Below, piece by piece: positions 18,186 through 27,950 of a DNA stretch of 64,000 nucleotides (the first letter of the stretch is position 1; every line of letters begins with the position of its first letter). Made by a program: the position numbers and the translations under genes. Under the pieces are notes generated by a model. That model was given only the letters and a program-made list of their open reading frames with translations. It was not told the origin of the DNA and searched no databases. The DNA is from Eubacteriales bacterium (GTDB lineage Bacteria > Bacillota > Clostridia > Oscillospirales > CAG-272). The stretch covers positions 732 through 64,731 of the forward strand of contig JAZRCL010000073.1 of NCBI GenBank assembly GCA_045659745.1, written 5' to 3'.

Positions 18186-18892
18186 AGACAAGTTATTCAA
18201 AGTTTGACCGCCCCATGCTTCCCGCCCCCGTGACTGTGCGAATTAAGTTCTGCAAGATAGGAAACCTGCAGTTTATATCTCATCTTGACCTGCAGAGATC
18301 TTTCCACCGTATACTTGTCCGCTCGGGCATCCCTATGTGGTACACAAAGGGCTTTAATCCTCACGCAAAGCTTGTTTTCGGTCTTCCCTTATCAGTTGGG
18401 ACCGAGAGCATGTGCGAGATGGCAGATCTCAAAATTGAGCGTAAGATAAGTCTTGAGGAGATAAAAGCTCAGCTCAATGCGAATCTTACTGACGAGATGT
18501 ACGTGCTTGAGGCGTATATACCCACCACAAAATTCGCTGAGATAGCTTACGCCAATTATACTATAACCGTAAAGTCGGATAAGCTTACTGAAAAGAGTGC
18601 GGATGAGGTCAAGGAGCTGTTTGCTGCTCCCATCAATATGATGAAGCGCTCAAAATCCGGTGAAAAAGAGGTTGACATAACGACCTATATCAAAGCCTTG
18701 GACGCGTCTATTTGCGACGGCGCGCTCAAAATAAATGCCACTATATCGGCGGGAAATACTGAGAGTCTTAACCCCGAATATATTGCGACCGCTATCAAGG
18801 AAAGACTTGATTTTATGACATCCGACTGTGATTATTCCTATAGAATAATGAGAAACGTTGTTTACAAAGCGGATATGAGCGAATTCAGATGA
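18161..18892 (+). CDS. TIGR03936-family (DUF2344) radical-SAM-associated protein
   Basis: GTG start at 18161 behind a ggaggtgag RBS, overlapping the upstream gene by 25 nt. VRIKFCKIGNLQFISHLDLQRSFHRILVRSGIP is the family opening. Confidence 0.75.
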   Translation: MLSKDQEIKTSYSKFDRPMLPAPVTVRIKFCKIGNLQFISHLDLQRSFHRILVRSGIPMWYTKGFNPHAKLVFGLPLSVGTESMCEMADLKIERKISLEEIKAQLNANLTDEMYVLEAYIPTTKFAEIAYANYTITVKSDKLTEKSADEVKELFAAPINMMKRSKSGEKEVDITTYIKALDASICDGALKINATISAGNTESLNPEYIATAIKERLDFMTSDCDYSYRIMRNVVYKADMSEFR

Positions 18893-18940
18893 TTGCTCAC
18901 TAAACTTAAAAATAAATTACATATTTTGGAGGATATTAAA

Positions 18941-19360
18941 ATGGCTATTAAAATGAGAGTTCTTTGCTATCCCGAGAAGAAGAAGCTTCTCGAAATCGGA
19001 AATATGATCAAGGCGGAGTACGAGCTTAACGTAAACTCGGTTGACAGAATCCCCCCTGCATATTCCTGTGACAAGGAAAGAATCGTAATTCTCGCGATAA
19101 ACCTCAAGGGCAACCTTCCCGACGATTACAGACTTTTCGTGAGAGAGCTTACAAAGGCAAGAGCGGCTAACGTTGCGATCCTCACCGCAGGTGACGACGT
19201 AGCAGTTGAAAAAACCAAGGCGCTCCTCGCTGAAGCAGGTACACACTATATCGACAACGTAAAGCATATCAAGATGGGACTTTTCGATAACAAGGTATCC
19301 GACGCGGAAAAGACCGAAATTCTCGCATGGGTCGAGGAAATCAAGGCTTCTCTTGCTTGA
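18941..19360 (+). CDS. Hypothetical protein (139 aa)
   Basis: ATG at 18941 with a ggagga RBS; the track start at 18893 lacks one. I recognise no family. A strong terminator follows. Confidence 0.55.
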   Translation: MAIKMRVLCYPEKKKLLEIGNMIKAEYELNVNSVDRIPPAYSCDKERIVILAINLKGNLPDDYRLFVRELTKARAANVAILTAGDDVAVEKTKALLAEAGTHYIDNVKHIKMGLFDNKVSDAEKTEILAWVEEIKASLA

Positions 19361-19374
19361 TTTGTAAAAATATA

Positions 19375-19405
19375 AAAGAACCACGGCGTCGCCGTGGTTC
19401 TTTTA
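19375..19405. terminator. Bidirectional rho-independent terminator
   Basis: gaaccacggc / gccgtggttc stem flanked by an A-run and a T-run. Confidence 0.85.
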
Positions 19406-19414
19406 TGTATTATT

Positions 19415-19783
19415 TTATTTATTCTTTTTTGTAAGATAATAGCTTTTATCTATAAGTGAAATTACAAGTGATTTTGAAAGTGAATTATCAAGTGGAACAG
19501 ATATCCAATGTGTTTTGTTCATGTGGTACGCGGGGATTATTTCTGGGTACAGGTCAAACAAAACAATGGAGTCCTCGGGGTTGCTCTTGAGATTCATAAC
19601 ATCAAGAGGCGTGGAGACTTCCCTGCCTATTTTTTTGCCGCTGACCGACATTATTATGCCAAACCATTTGCCGCTGCTTGTGTGTCGCAAAACCGTGGTG
19701 TCAAAATCCTCTTCAAAAGGACAGTCGTAAGATGCGCCCGCAAGAGTTTTGACGTAGTCAAGAACAAATTGCTTGTCCGTCAT
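19415..19783 (-). CDS. MmcQ/YjbR-family DNA-binding protein
   Basis: ATG at 19783 with an aaggag RBS 8 nt upstream; the track start at 19789 is TTG. YDCPFEED, LRH..SGKWFG and NKTHWISV are YjbR-like. Confidence 0.75.
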   Translation of the reverse strand: MTDKQFVLDYVKTLAGASYDCPFEEDFDTTVLRHTSSGKWFGIIMSVSGKKIGREVSTPLDVMNLKSNPEDSIVLFDLYPEIIPAYHMNKTHWISVPLDNSLSKSLVISLIDKSYYLTKKNK

Positions 19784-19785
19784 TA

Positions 19786-20367
19786 TCAAAGCTCCTTAAC
19801 GCTGCCGTAATTTTCGCGGTTGTCGCAATATAGCTTGTAGTATTCCATTATGACGGAAACTACCTCGTCAGGGGTTTTGTTTGTAGTATCAACAACAAGG
19901 TTGTAGTTGTTGAAATCATAGTAGTCAACACCGTAGATTTCAATAAATCTCTTGCGCTCGACCATGCTTCTCTCAACAAGCTTCTCGCATGCATCATTTA
20001 CGTCTGTATAGCTTTCCTCACAGCTGCTACGGTGATAAAACACTCTCGTCGCCGCTTCCAGGGGGTCAATCGTGAGAAATATCTTGAACGTGTCCTCTGC
20101 AAAATGCCAAGCCATACGTGAGTCGAAAATAAGATTTTCGCCCTTGTGCTCACGTGACATTCTTGTAACTGTGTTATCTATCTCGTCATCAAGTTCGGGG
20201 TTTTCCTTCATGCGCTTATTAAGCTCAAGAGTGGATATTCCCTTGCTTCTTGCAAACTCTCTCTGTATAGCGCCCGTGCTGAATATTTCAAAGCCGTATC
20301 TTTCCTTCATTATGCCGCACACGGTGCTTTTTCCGCTTCCAAGTCTACCTGTAATAGAAATTAACAT
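19786..20367 (-). CDS. Cytidylate-kinase-like P-loop NMP kinase family protein
   Basis: ATG at 20367 (MLISITGRLGSGKST Walker A) with a ggagga RBS. The upstream extension in the ORF track is unsupported. Confidence 0.7.
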   Translation of the reverse strand: MLISITGRLGSGKSTVCGIMKERYGFEIFSTGAIQREFARSKGISTLELNKRMKENPELDDEIDNTVTRMSREHKGENLIFDSRMAWHFAEDTFKIFLTIDPLEAATRVFYHRSSCEESYTDVNDACEKLVERSMVERKRFIEIYGVDYYDFNNYNLVVDTTNKTPDEVVSVIMEYYKLYCDNRENYGSVKEL

Positions 20368-20414
20368 GCTATCCTCCAAAATTTTAACGTATTCTTCATT
20401 AAAATCTAAAGACA

Positions 20415-20451
20415 TTACGGGTGCTAAATTTAGCACCCGTAATTATTTTTT
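20415..20451 (-). terminator. Hairpin terminator after the lipoprotein gene
   Basis: ttacgggtgcta / tagcacccgtaa stem immediately downstream of the stop at 20450. Confidence 0.55.
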
Positions 20452-21028
20452 ATTCCGGAGCCTCAGTGCTGACTTCCTCCTCGGGAGTTCCTAAAAGAAC
20501 TACGGTAAAGGTTTCGCCATTTTGGAGCTTATGTTCGGACATGGAGCTTATCATATAGCTCTGCAAAATATCCTCATTTTCGGGCTTGATAAGATTTTTT
20601 ACTGTAATGGGATTGCCGTTGTTATCTGTGAATTTGTTGCCCTTGAGTGCTGTCCAGTACTGTCCGGGCTTTGCCTCGTAATTGCCGATGATCCAAAGCA
20701 TATCGGAGAACTCTTCTTCCTCGTAAGTAGCAATAAATTCATTGATTTCAACCTCAAAATAATACTTGAGAACACCGAGGATAGTGGGGTCAAATCCCTT
20801 ATATTCGTAATCAAGCTCACGGTAAATGTTGGTTCCCGAGCTGTCCTTTATCTCAAATGATACCTTTATTTCTGTGAGGCCCGCAGAAGGAAATCCTGTG
20901 GGAGGAGGAGTGGTATCCTTTTCTACCTTCGGCTTGTCTGTAGTATCATCTTCGGGCATGCACGCTATAAATGAACAACCAATTATTGCTACAAGCAATA
21001 CCACGGCTATGATTTTTATAAATTTCAT
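20450..21028 (-). CDS. Lipoprotein, DUF4430-like
   Basis: RBS ggaggg. Lipobox LVAIIGCS. The C-terminal beta-rich region (WTALKGNKF, LQNGETFTVVL) resembles DUF4430. Confidence 0.5.
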   Translation of the reverse strand: MKFIKIIAVVLLVAIIGCSFIACMPEDDTTDKPKVEKDTTPPPTGFPSAGLTEIKVSFEIKDSSGTNIYRELDYEYKGFDPTILGVLKYYFEVEINEFIATYEEEEFSDMLWIIGNYEAKPGQYWTALKGNKFTDNNGNPITVKNLIKPENEDILQSYMISSMSEHKLQNGETFTVVLLGTPEEEVSTEAPE

Positions 21029-21151
21029 ATTTATCCCTCCGATAAATCATACTTAATAAAGAAATTATACTACATTATCCTTGTTTTGTCAAGAGATTTT
21101 GGGAAGGGTTTTATAAAATTTAATATATTGCACGGCGAAAATTTTATGTTA

Positions 21152-21670
21152 TTAATTCCGCAGTATAACCAACATATTTACAAGCAGAATATAGAACAGC
21201 CAAAGACTATTAGCTATCATTATCACGCAAGAAAACAGACCCGCTCCCCTCCATGACAGAGCGCACATTGCAGAACAAATAACACATAAAAATATGATAA
21301 GCAGCGAAAGCGCGAGAGTTTCTCCTCCAAAAAACAAAGGATACCATATATGCGAGAGAAAAAACATTGACACAAAAAACAGACATCCTCGGTACAGATA
21401 AACCTCTTCTCTGCCATTTATGCGTCCGCAGAGCAGACGTCCGAATATAGAGCCTACTGCAATTCCGCACATGAAAAACCAAAATAGACAGAAAAAATTG
21501 AATAGCCATATTGCAGGCAGATATGCGTCCATTCCAAGGGTGTGAACAGCATTATACGGACTGCCCGAGCATATTCGCACAATCAGTCCCAAAATTGCGT
21601 ACACTGATCCGCATATCAAGGCACATTTTTTAATAATATCCGAGCTTGTTTTATTCTTGCGAGATGACAT
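21152..21670 (-). CDS. Five-TM membrane protein, possibly TspO/MBR-like
   Basis: Aromatic-rich helices (IWLFNFFCLFWFF, HIWYPLFFGG). The family call is tentative. Confidence 0.4.
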   Translation of the reverse strand: MSSRKNKTSSDIIKKCALICGSVYAILGLIVRICSGSPYNAVHTLGMDAYLPAIWLFNFFCLFWFFMCGIAVGSIFGRLLCGRINGREEVYLYRGCLFFVSMFFLSHIWYPLFFGGETLALSLLIIFLCVICSAMCALSWRGAGLFSCVIMIANSLWLFYILLVNMLVILRN

Positions 21671-21722
21671 TCCTATACCCCCGTAAGCTTAGTTGCTTAA
21701 TTATATGGGTAAAAAATGACAG

Positions 21723-23753
21723 TTATTCTCCTATAAACCAGCCCTCTGCAATATCCTGTGCACTGTCCCCCCACAGTGCAGGCGCGCCGGTTATCTTGTT
21801 ATAGGTCTGCTTTTCGATTTTTCCCGAATACTTGAATTCAGAAGGCGAATTTTTATATCTATCAGTTTTGTATATTTCACTCATAACCTCGTCCCATATT
21901 TTTATAGACGGATTACCAAGCGAGGAGCTTATTGGCTCCGGATAATCGTATCCGCACCATACCCCACCAAGAAGCGAGGGTGTATATCCAACGAAAAGTC
22001 TGTCGCAATTGTTCTGAGTCGTTCCTGTCTTCCCCGCGACAGAAACGTAATTTGCAAGAGATATTTTTCCTCGCGCTGTACCTCTGCTCACGACTTCCTC
22101 AAGCAGCTTGGTCATTACAGACGCGCACTCTCCTTTTATAACCTCCGTCTGATTTTGTCTACGGTCGAACAATATATTTCCGTCAGCATCGGTTACCTTA
22201 TAATATGAGCGTGAGGTGCTCATATTGCCCTCCGCAAATATGCTGTAAGCGGCTATAAGCTCGCGCAGGGTTATTCCGTGAAGCGTTTGACCAAGCGCCA
22301 AGGATACGGCGTTTGCATCATCAGGCGAGCTTTTTGAGGGCTCAACGAGGCTTTTGATATTAAGAGTATCTCTTAAAAACGCAAGCGATTGCTTTTCTCC
22401 AAGCTTATAAAGCATTTTGACGGCAACGGTGTTTACAGAATTAGCTATGGCGTCGGAGATATCAATATTTCCCTGATACAATCTGTTCGAGTTTTGGGGC
22501 CAATCCTTGCCCGAAACATTGCTCACAGGAGAGTCCTCAACTATTGTTGACCAGCTTATCTCTCCGCTGTCTATCAGGGGTGCATATACAGATATTGGTT
22601 TTATAGCCGAGCCGGGTGGACGTTTTGTGTCGGTTGCATAGTTCTGCAAAAGCTCTCCTTGCTTTATCCCAACCGCTCCGACGATTCCCAAAACATTTCC
22701 ATTGTATGGGTCTGTTATTATCATCGCAGACTGCGGAGACGGCTTGTTGGTCGTAAGTCGTTTATCAAGTGTGGCGTAGTATTTTTCAAGAATGTTTTGT
22801 ATTTTGGGATCAACGGTAGTATATATTTTTAAGCCACCGTGAAAGATCTGACTGTATGCGTATTGACGTGAATACCCAAGAGACATAAAATCGCCGACAA
22901 GGTCTGAAATGACGGTTTCAGCGAACCAAGAGTTTTTTGAGGAGCTATAATTATGATTTATGTTTAGTGTTAGAGGTTGTTCTTTTGCCTGAGTGTACTC
23001 CTCATCCGAGATATAACCCTGTTCAAGCATACACATAAGAACTATGTCCCTCCGTTTTTTGGTGTTTTCAGGGTGATTTTTAGGGTCATAGAGCGATGGG
23101 TTATTAGTTATCGCGGCAATGGTTGCTATCTCGTGCAAAAGTAGCTTGTCGGGGGAGGTGGAAAAATAATATTCGGATGCCGCACCTACGCCTGTGCATC
23201 CGTTTGATAGGTTGATTATGTTAAGATAAACTTCCAGTATCTCATCCTTTGAGTAATTTTTCTCGAGATTTAGAGCTTGAAAAATCTCGTTTATCTTTCT
23301 TTGTGGTGTTCTTTGATTTTGACCTGTGATGTTCTTTACTGTTTGTTGGGTGATGGTGGACGCTCCAAACGAAGATGATTTCTTTAAGACGTAGTTTAAT
23401 ACTGCCTTACCGCTCCTCAAAAAATCCACACCTTTATGTTGATAGAATCTTTTGTCTTCAATTGCCACAAAGGCATTTATCATATCATGGGGTATTTTGC
23501 TTATCGGCGTGTACTTGTATTTCACACTTGAGCTTGATAAATTTTCAGTGAGAACACGCGGATTATTTATATCTCCGTTTTCATAATAATACAGCGTGGT
23601 ATTATCGTCACGTTGAATATTTGATAATAGCTCGTAATTTATCTGAAGCGTTGATTTATTCGAAAGCAACACAAACGCGCCGGCTGATGTCACTGTGCCG
23701 AAAATCATTGAAATTATTACAATTATAAGTACTGTGCTGATAAACTTTTTCAT
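21723..23753 (-). CDS. PBP1A-family bifunctional penicillin-binding protein (GT51 glycosyltransferase plus transpeptidase)
   Basis: AIEDKRFYQHKGVD and GASTITQQ are GT51 motifs. SAIKP (the SxxK motif) and KTGTT are transpeptidase motifs. Confidence 0.9.
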   Translation of the reverse strand: MKKFISTVLIIVIISMIFGTVTSAGAFVLLSNKSTLQINYELLSNIQRDDNTTLYYYENGDINNPRVLTENLSSSSVKYKYTPISKIPHDMINAFVAIEDKRFYQHKGVDFLRSGKAVLNYVLKKSSSFGASTITQQTVKNITGQNQRTPQRKINEIFQALNLEKNYSKDEILEVYLNIINLSNGCTGVGAASEYYFSTSPDKLLLHEIATIAAITNNPSLYDPKNHPENTKKRRDIVLMCMLEQGYISDEEYTQAKEQPLTLNINHNYSSSKNSWFAETVISDLVGDFMSLGYSRQYAYSQIFHGGLKIYTTVDPKIQNILEKYYATLDKRLTTNKPSPQSAMIITDPYNGNVLGIVGAVGIKQGELLQNYATDTKRPPGSAIKPISVYAPLIDSGEISWSTIVEDSPVSNVSGKDWPQNSNRLYQGNIDISDAIANSVNTVAVKMLYKLGEKQSLAFLRDTLNIKSLVEPSKSSPDDANAVSLALGQTLHGITLRELIAAYSIFAEGNMSTSRSYYKVTDADGNILFDRRQNQTEVIKGECASVMTKLLEEVVSRGTARGKISLANYVSVAGKTGTTQNNCDRLFVGYTPSLLGGVWCGYDYPEPISSSLGNPSIKIWDEVMSEIYKTDRYKNSPSEFKYSGKIEKQTYNKITGAPALWGDSAQDIAEGWFIGE

Positions 23754-23847
23754 AATGACGCCCCTTTCTTTTTATTATTTATTTTTTCTCGTGTGCTTGA
23801 GAATGAAACGAGGTAAGTTTGATATTTTTTTACATAAAAACACGGAA

Positions 23848-23881
23848 AATAAAAAACAACCCAATTGCATTGGGTTGTTTT
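23848..23881 (-). terminator. Rho-independent terminator
   Basis: aacaacccaat / attgggttgtt stem. The plus-strand A-run gives a minus-strand U-tract. Confidence 0.75.
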
Positions 23882-23885
23882 AGTT

Positions 23886-24665
23886 TCATTGGGATTTTAT
23901 TTGAATTGATAAGACTTCTGTAGGGTTGAAAAGTCTGGGCACGGGAATTGGACGAGTGCTATTGCTGCATCCGCGGCTTATTATGAGCCTTCCATCGTGA
24001 ATTCCCGAAGTGTATTTGGGGAAAATTCCCTGACTTGGCGCGAAAATGCCCTGATCGAAAAATCTCCATTGTCCACCGTGCGCATGTCCCGACAGTATCA
24101 TATCAATATCCTTGTCCCAAAGATATTTTTTATAATATTCGGGATGATGGCAAATCAGTATCTTATACTGCGAAAGCTTGGAGAATGTGTCAATAAAATC
24201 CATATCAGGCATACCGAAATCTCTATGCTCTCCCGAAAGAAGTCCACCGATGACTATATTTTCATTCAATGAAATATACGAATCAAACACTGTATGCACG
24301 CCTAGCTTTGAGAGCCGCTCGGTAATATGCGGAGGTATGCTTTTATATCCCGATATTTCCGGATAGTCCTCGTCGAGCTTACCCTCAATCTCGTGATTGC
24401 CAAAGCAGTAATATACGGGTGCAATTTTTAACGACTGCTCAAAAAAAACAAATCCATTCTCATTTATTTTTGAATTTTTATCCTCAAAGCATTCAAACAT
24501 ATCTCCTGCGCACAAAATGACTTCTGGATTTATTTTTTGGAGAGCAGCTATTACGGAATCAGGCCTTTTTGCGTGTAAATCTGCCACAACCGCAATTTTC
24601 AAGTTTGTATTCGGCTTTTGTGTTTGTATATTGTATTCCGTTATCTTCAATTCAGACTCCCTCAA
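23886..24665 (-). CDS. Calcineurin-like metallophosphoesterase
   Basis: VVADLHA, AGDMFE, GNHE and GHAHGG motifs. There is no ATG before the first motif. The start is a TTG at 24665 or, better placed behind gagggag, at 24650. Confidence 0.8.
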   Translation of the reverse strand: MRESELKITEYNIQTQKPNTNLKIAVVADLHAKRPDSVIAALQKINPEVILCAGDMFECFEDKNSKINENGFVFFEQSLKIAPVYYCFGNHEIEGKLDEDYPEISGYKSIPPHITERLSKLGVHTVFDSYISLNENIVIGGLLSGEHRDFGMPDMDFIDTFSKLSQYKILICHHPEYYKKYLWDKDIDMILSGHAHGGQWRFFDQGIFAPSQGIFPKYTSGIHDGRLIISRGCSNSTRPIPVPRLFNPTEVLSIQIKSQ

Positions 24666-25134
24666 TTCCCTCTTGTATCAGATGCTCGGCTAAAATCTGC
24701 GCGGCAATTCTGACAAGTTCGCCGCAAGGACGTTTTTTATAGTATTGCGGAGTTCTCTCCTCGGGTTCTCCCACGTCCGTGTGAGGCACGCCCGCGAGCA
24801 ACTCGCGACAGATTATAGATCCGTTTTCATTAGTATATTTCCCTGCGAGGCCACGCACCTTTTCGTAGAGCGCACTCTTGGCCGTATGGTCCTTGGGATC
24901 GGAATAACCCAGCAGAATACCCTCTACAAGAAACATACCGCTAACCGCTCCGCAGACCTCGCGCATCCTTCCCATGCCGCCGCCAAATGATGATGCAAGC
25001 TTTGATAGCGTTTCCTTATCCGCAGGTAAGAGATCGGCAAAAGCAAGGACTACCGCCTGCGCGCAGTTATAGCCTTCTGTAAAATATCCTTTTGCAGCTT
25101 CGGCGCGAGCCGATACTCTTTGCTCTGTATTCAT
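24652..25134 (-). CDS. C_GCAxxG_C_C family redox-active protein
   Basis: GYNCAQAVVLAF and VCGAVSG motifs. Confidence 0.8.
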   Translation of the reverse strand: MNTEQRVSARAEAAKGYFTEGYNCAQAVVLAFADLLPADKETLSKLASSFGGGMGRMREVCGAVSGMFLVEGILLGYSDPKDHTAKSALYEKVRGLAGKYTNENGSIICRELLAGVPHTDVGEPEERTPQYYKKRPCGELVRIAAQILAEHLIQEGIEGV

Positions 25135-25188
25135 AAATTCGTAGACCTTTCATTGTGTTTTGATATATTTATTTTAACAGATATTGTT

Positions 25189-27510
25189 TCAACCGTCAAC
25201 CCTTGAGAACTTAAATCTGTATATTTCAGGGGACAGAATAAGAGTAGCATCAGGCGAGACAAATGAGCTTGTATCATAGTATGCCGCGATCTCGTCGGTT
25301 GAGAATATCACGGTCTTAATATTAAATCCATTCTGTATTTTATATTTTTGCTTGGGCGTTGGTCCGCGACTACCAAAAATAAGGTGATCGGTCTTATTCA
25401 TATTGTCAAACATATCCTGCGAAAGACTGCTTTCCACGTATGACGGCGATATGTACGTTAAGGTTTCCTTGCCGACATTAAGGGTCAGCATAGTGATAGG
25501 AGCGGTTGAGCGACTTATGGTTTCTCTGTTTATTCTTACGGAAATACCGTCTATAAGATAAAGCTCCTCCCCGTCCTCATAAAAATCCACAATCACGTTG
25601 TTATCCTTGGCGCACTCCATTATGGCTGTCATTCTGAAATAATCGTCGTTGCCTTCGGGCTTTGGCATATATAGCCTTCTTATGCGTTGAGACTGAAAAG
25701 ATTTTGATAGACTTGCTATATGTGCCGTTGTGTATTTTGTAATCACAAGACAGTCTATCTCGGTAGCGTTGAGGTTGCTAAGCTCATGGTATGCGCAGTT
25801 CAGGCTGGAATAATATCCCGGTGTCATATCAAACAGTACCGTATCTTCTCCGTTGTTTGCGAGTATGATATTTCGGTCATCCGATTGGTTTACATAAGAT
25901 ATTCTTATATTTTGAGTGTTTTTATATGACACACAACCAATTGCTACAAAGAAAACTGTAAGCGCGATAACAAACGGCACGGGTGACAGATATCTGCGCT
26001 TGAATTTCAGTGCAAGACAGAAAAACAGCACAACACCTAGAGTTATTGCTGCGATTGCAGTAAATTCATAATTGAGTGATATCATACAATCGTCTCGCAA
26101 GGATATTTTCTCACAATATCCCGTCATAAATTTTGAGCATGTAGTAATACCAAGCCCAATAAGCTTACCGATAATTGGAGTCTTCATAAATATCAGGTAA
26201 AGCGGAGTCAGTATAAGTAGTGCCTCGGTAGGTAGTCCTAAAAGTAATGACGACTTCACGGAAAACAGAGACATTTCTTGCGTGAAGATGCAGAAAACTA
26301 TAATCAGCGGCGCGATTGCACAAACAGACGTCAATATCAAAGTCACTATGGTGCGTATAGGAGCGATCAATATTTTCCACTTTGCATAGTATGGTTGGAA
26401 CAAGTAAAATGCAAAGTTCTGGAACGTGGGTATATAAACCAAAATTCCAAAGGTTGCAGCAAATGACATCCAGAACCCAGCGTCAAGAATGGCATGCGGA
26501 GAAAACACGAAAATAATCACACCCGCTATCGATAGTGACGTCAACGGGTCAGACTGATAAGAGCATATCATCGAAAGATACACTATCAAAAGCATAATTA
26601 TGGAACGCGTAGCGGATATTGAAAAGCCCGTGAAAGCGAGATAAAACACCGCTAATAGCGATAGTATCACGGCGCGTGGCTTGTACGGAATAAAGAGTTT
26701 TTTGAGTATAAATGCAATAACACCGAATATAATGCTCATGTGCATACCGCTTATCGCAAGTATATGTGATGCGCCCGCTCGTCTGAAATCACGCTTGATA
26801 CTTGTAGGGATAACTTCCTTGTTTCCAAGAAATAAAGCAGAGCATACACCGCCGACGTCATCGCCCAAGGCGTTGATCAGTCTGTATGAGAGTCTTGCAT
26901 TCATTCTTGAGAGGACGGCTAAAGGGTGCTTGCTTTTCTCAATATATACGCCGAGGTCCTCTTCGGAATCCGACACGAACTTAACGAGTACTCCGTCGGC
27001 GAGCATCATATCCGCTTCTCTGTAAGCGCCGACCTGCTCTTCAAATTGACCTATTCTAAACTGCCCGCGTATCTCGTTTCCTACCTGAATGTTGGCAAGA
27101 TATTCGCATTCAAGACTTGCCTTAAAGGAGTCGGCGTTGCCGTTCATGCTCGTGACGAGAATAGTATATTCACTTGACGCTCCTGCAGCATACGACTCAG
27201 ATAAAACTATACCCTCAATTATGTATTCTTGATCATCAGGAAGACTTTCATATTTTTTAATTCTGACGTCAAAGCACATAATCGAAGAGACCGATGATAA
27301 AATTATAAATACACAGCAAAAAATAATCGTGATAAATTTATTGATTGAAATTTTGCGGATGATTTTAAAAGCTATAAATATCAGAGCGACAAGCAAGGAA
27401 AGCGCGGCACATATTATTTTTGTTTTTAGATTGACGTAATAGAAAATAACGGAGAACGCAATAAACAACATACATCCGCAAAACAAAGGTCTGTTCTTAA
27501 AAATGTTCAT
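25189..27510 (-). CDS. comEC: ComEC/Rec2-family DNA internalisation channel protein
   Basis: RBS aagggag. The competence domain (GASHILAISGMHMSIIF) is flanked by many TM helices. The C-terminal beta-lactamase-like region has degenerate metal motifs. Confidence 0.8.
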   Translation of the reverse strand: MNIFKNRPLFCGCMLFIAFSVIFYYVNLKTKIICAALSLLVALIFIAFKIIRKISINKFITIIFCCVFIILSSVSSIMCFDVRIKKYESLPDDQEYIIEGIVLSESYAAGASSEYTILVTSMNGNADSFKASLECEYLANIQVGNEIRGQFRIGQFEEQVGAYREADMMLADGVLVKFVSDSEEDLGVYIEKSKHPLAVLSRMNARLSYRLINALGDDVGGVCSALFLGNKEVIPTSIKRDFRRAGASHILAISGMHMSIIFGVIAFILKKLFIPYKPRAVILSLLAVFYLAFTGFSISATRSIIMLLIVYLSMICSYQSDPLTSLSIAGVIIFVFSPHAILDAGFWMSFAATFGILVYIPTFQNFAFYLFQPYYAKWKILIAPIRTIVTLILTSVCAIAPLIIVFCIFTQEMSLFSVKSSLLLGLPTEALLILTPLYLIFMKTPIIGKLIGLGITTCSKFMTGYCEKISLRDDCMISLNYEFTAIAAITLGVVLFFCLALKFKRRYLSPVPFVIALTVFFVAIGCVSYKNTQNIRISYVNQSDDRNIILANNGEDTVLFDMTPGYYSSLNCAYHELSNLNATEIDCLVITKYTTAHIASLSKSFQSQRIRRLYMPKPEGNDDYFRMTAIMECAKDNNVIVDFYEDGEELYLIDGISVRINRETISRSTAPITMLTLNVGKETLTYISPSYVESSLSQDMFDNMNKTDHLIFGSRGPTPKQKYKIQNGFNIKTVIFSTDEIAAYYDTSSFVSPDATLILSPEIYRFKFSRVDG

Positions 27511-27577
27511 TACGTATCTCCCTTCTAAAAATTTTAGACTATAAAACTGTCAAAATAAAAAATTTTTTCAAAATTGC

Positions 27578-27606
27578 TTGACAAATGTATCGAAAGACTA
27601 TATAAT
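27578..27606 (+). promoter_or_regulatory. Consensus sigA promoter
   Basis: TTGACA (27578-27583), exactly 17 nt, then TATAAT (27601-27606), about 60 nt upstream of the ACP gene. Confidence 0.7.
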
Positions 27607-27667
27607 AAGCGTGTTGTGACAGTTGAATGTATTCGACTGCAAATGAAAATTTACAGGAGGAATTGAA

Positions 27668-27892
27668 ATGTTTGAGAAAGTTAAGGAGCTTCTCGTATCT
27701 GAGCTCCAGATAAACGAGTCTGATATCACTCTTGATGCAGAGCTTTCTGCAGATCTTGGAATCAACTCTATCGAGCTTGCTGACCTTGTAATGATTTGCG
27801 AGGAGAAGTTTGATCTTACTATTGAAGATGAAGATCTTCATTCTTTCATTACAGTCGGTGACGTAGTAAACTATCTCGAGTCTACTCTTTAA
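27668..27892 (+). CDS. acpP: Acyl carrier protein (stand-alone)
   Basis: RBS aggagga. 74 aa with DLGINSIELADLV, containing the phosphopantetheine-attachment Ser. Confidence 0.8.
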   Translation: MFEKVKELLVSELQINESDITLDAELSADLGINSIELADLVMICEEKFDLTIEDEDLHSFITVGDVVNYLESTL

Positions 27893-27912
27893 TTTAGCAG
27901 CCTTCAATATAT

Positions 27913-27950
27913 AATCCGCATCCGTATTTATGGGATGCGGATTTTATTTT
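27913..27950. terminator. Bidirectional rho-independent terminator
   Basis: aatccgcatcc / ggatgcggatt stem plus a T-tract, between the convergent acpP and ispE. Confidence 0.8.
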
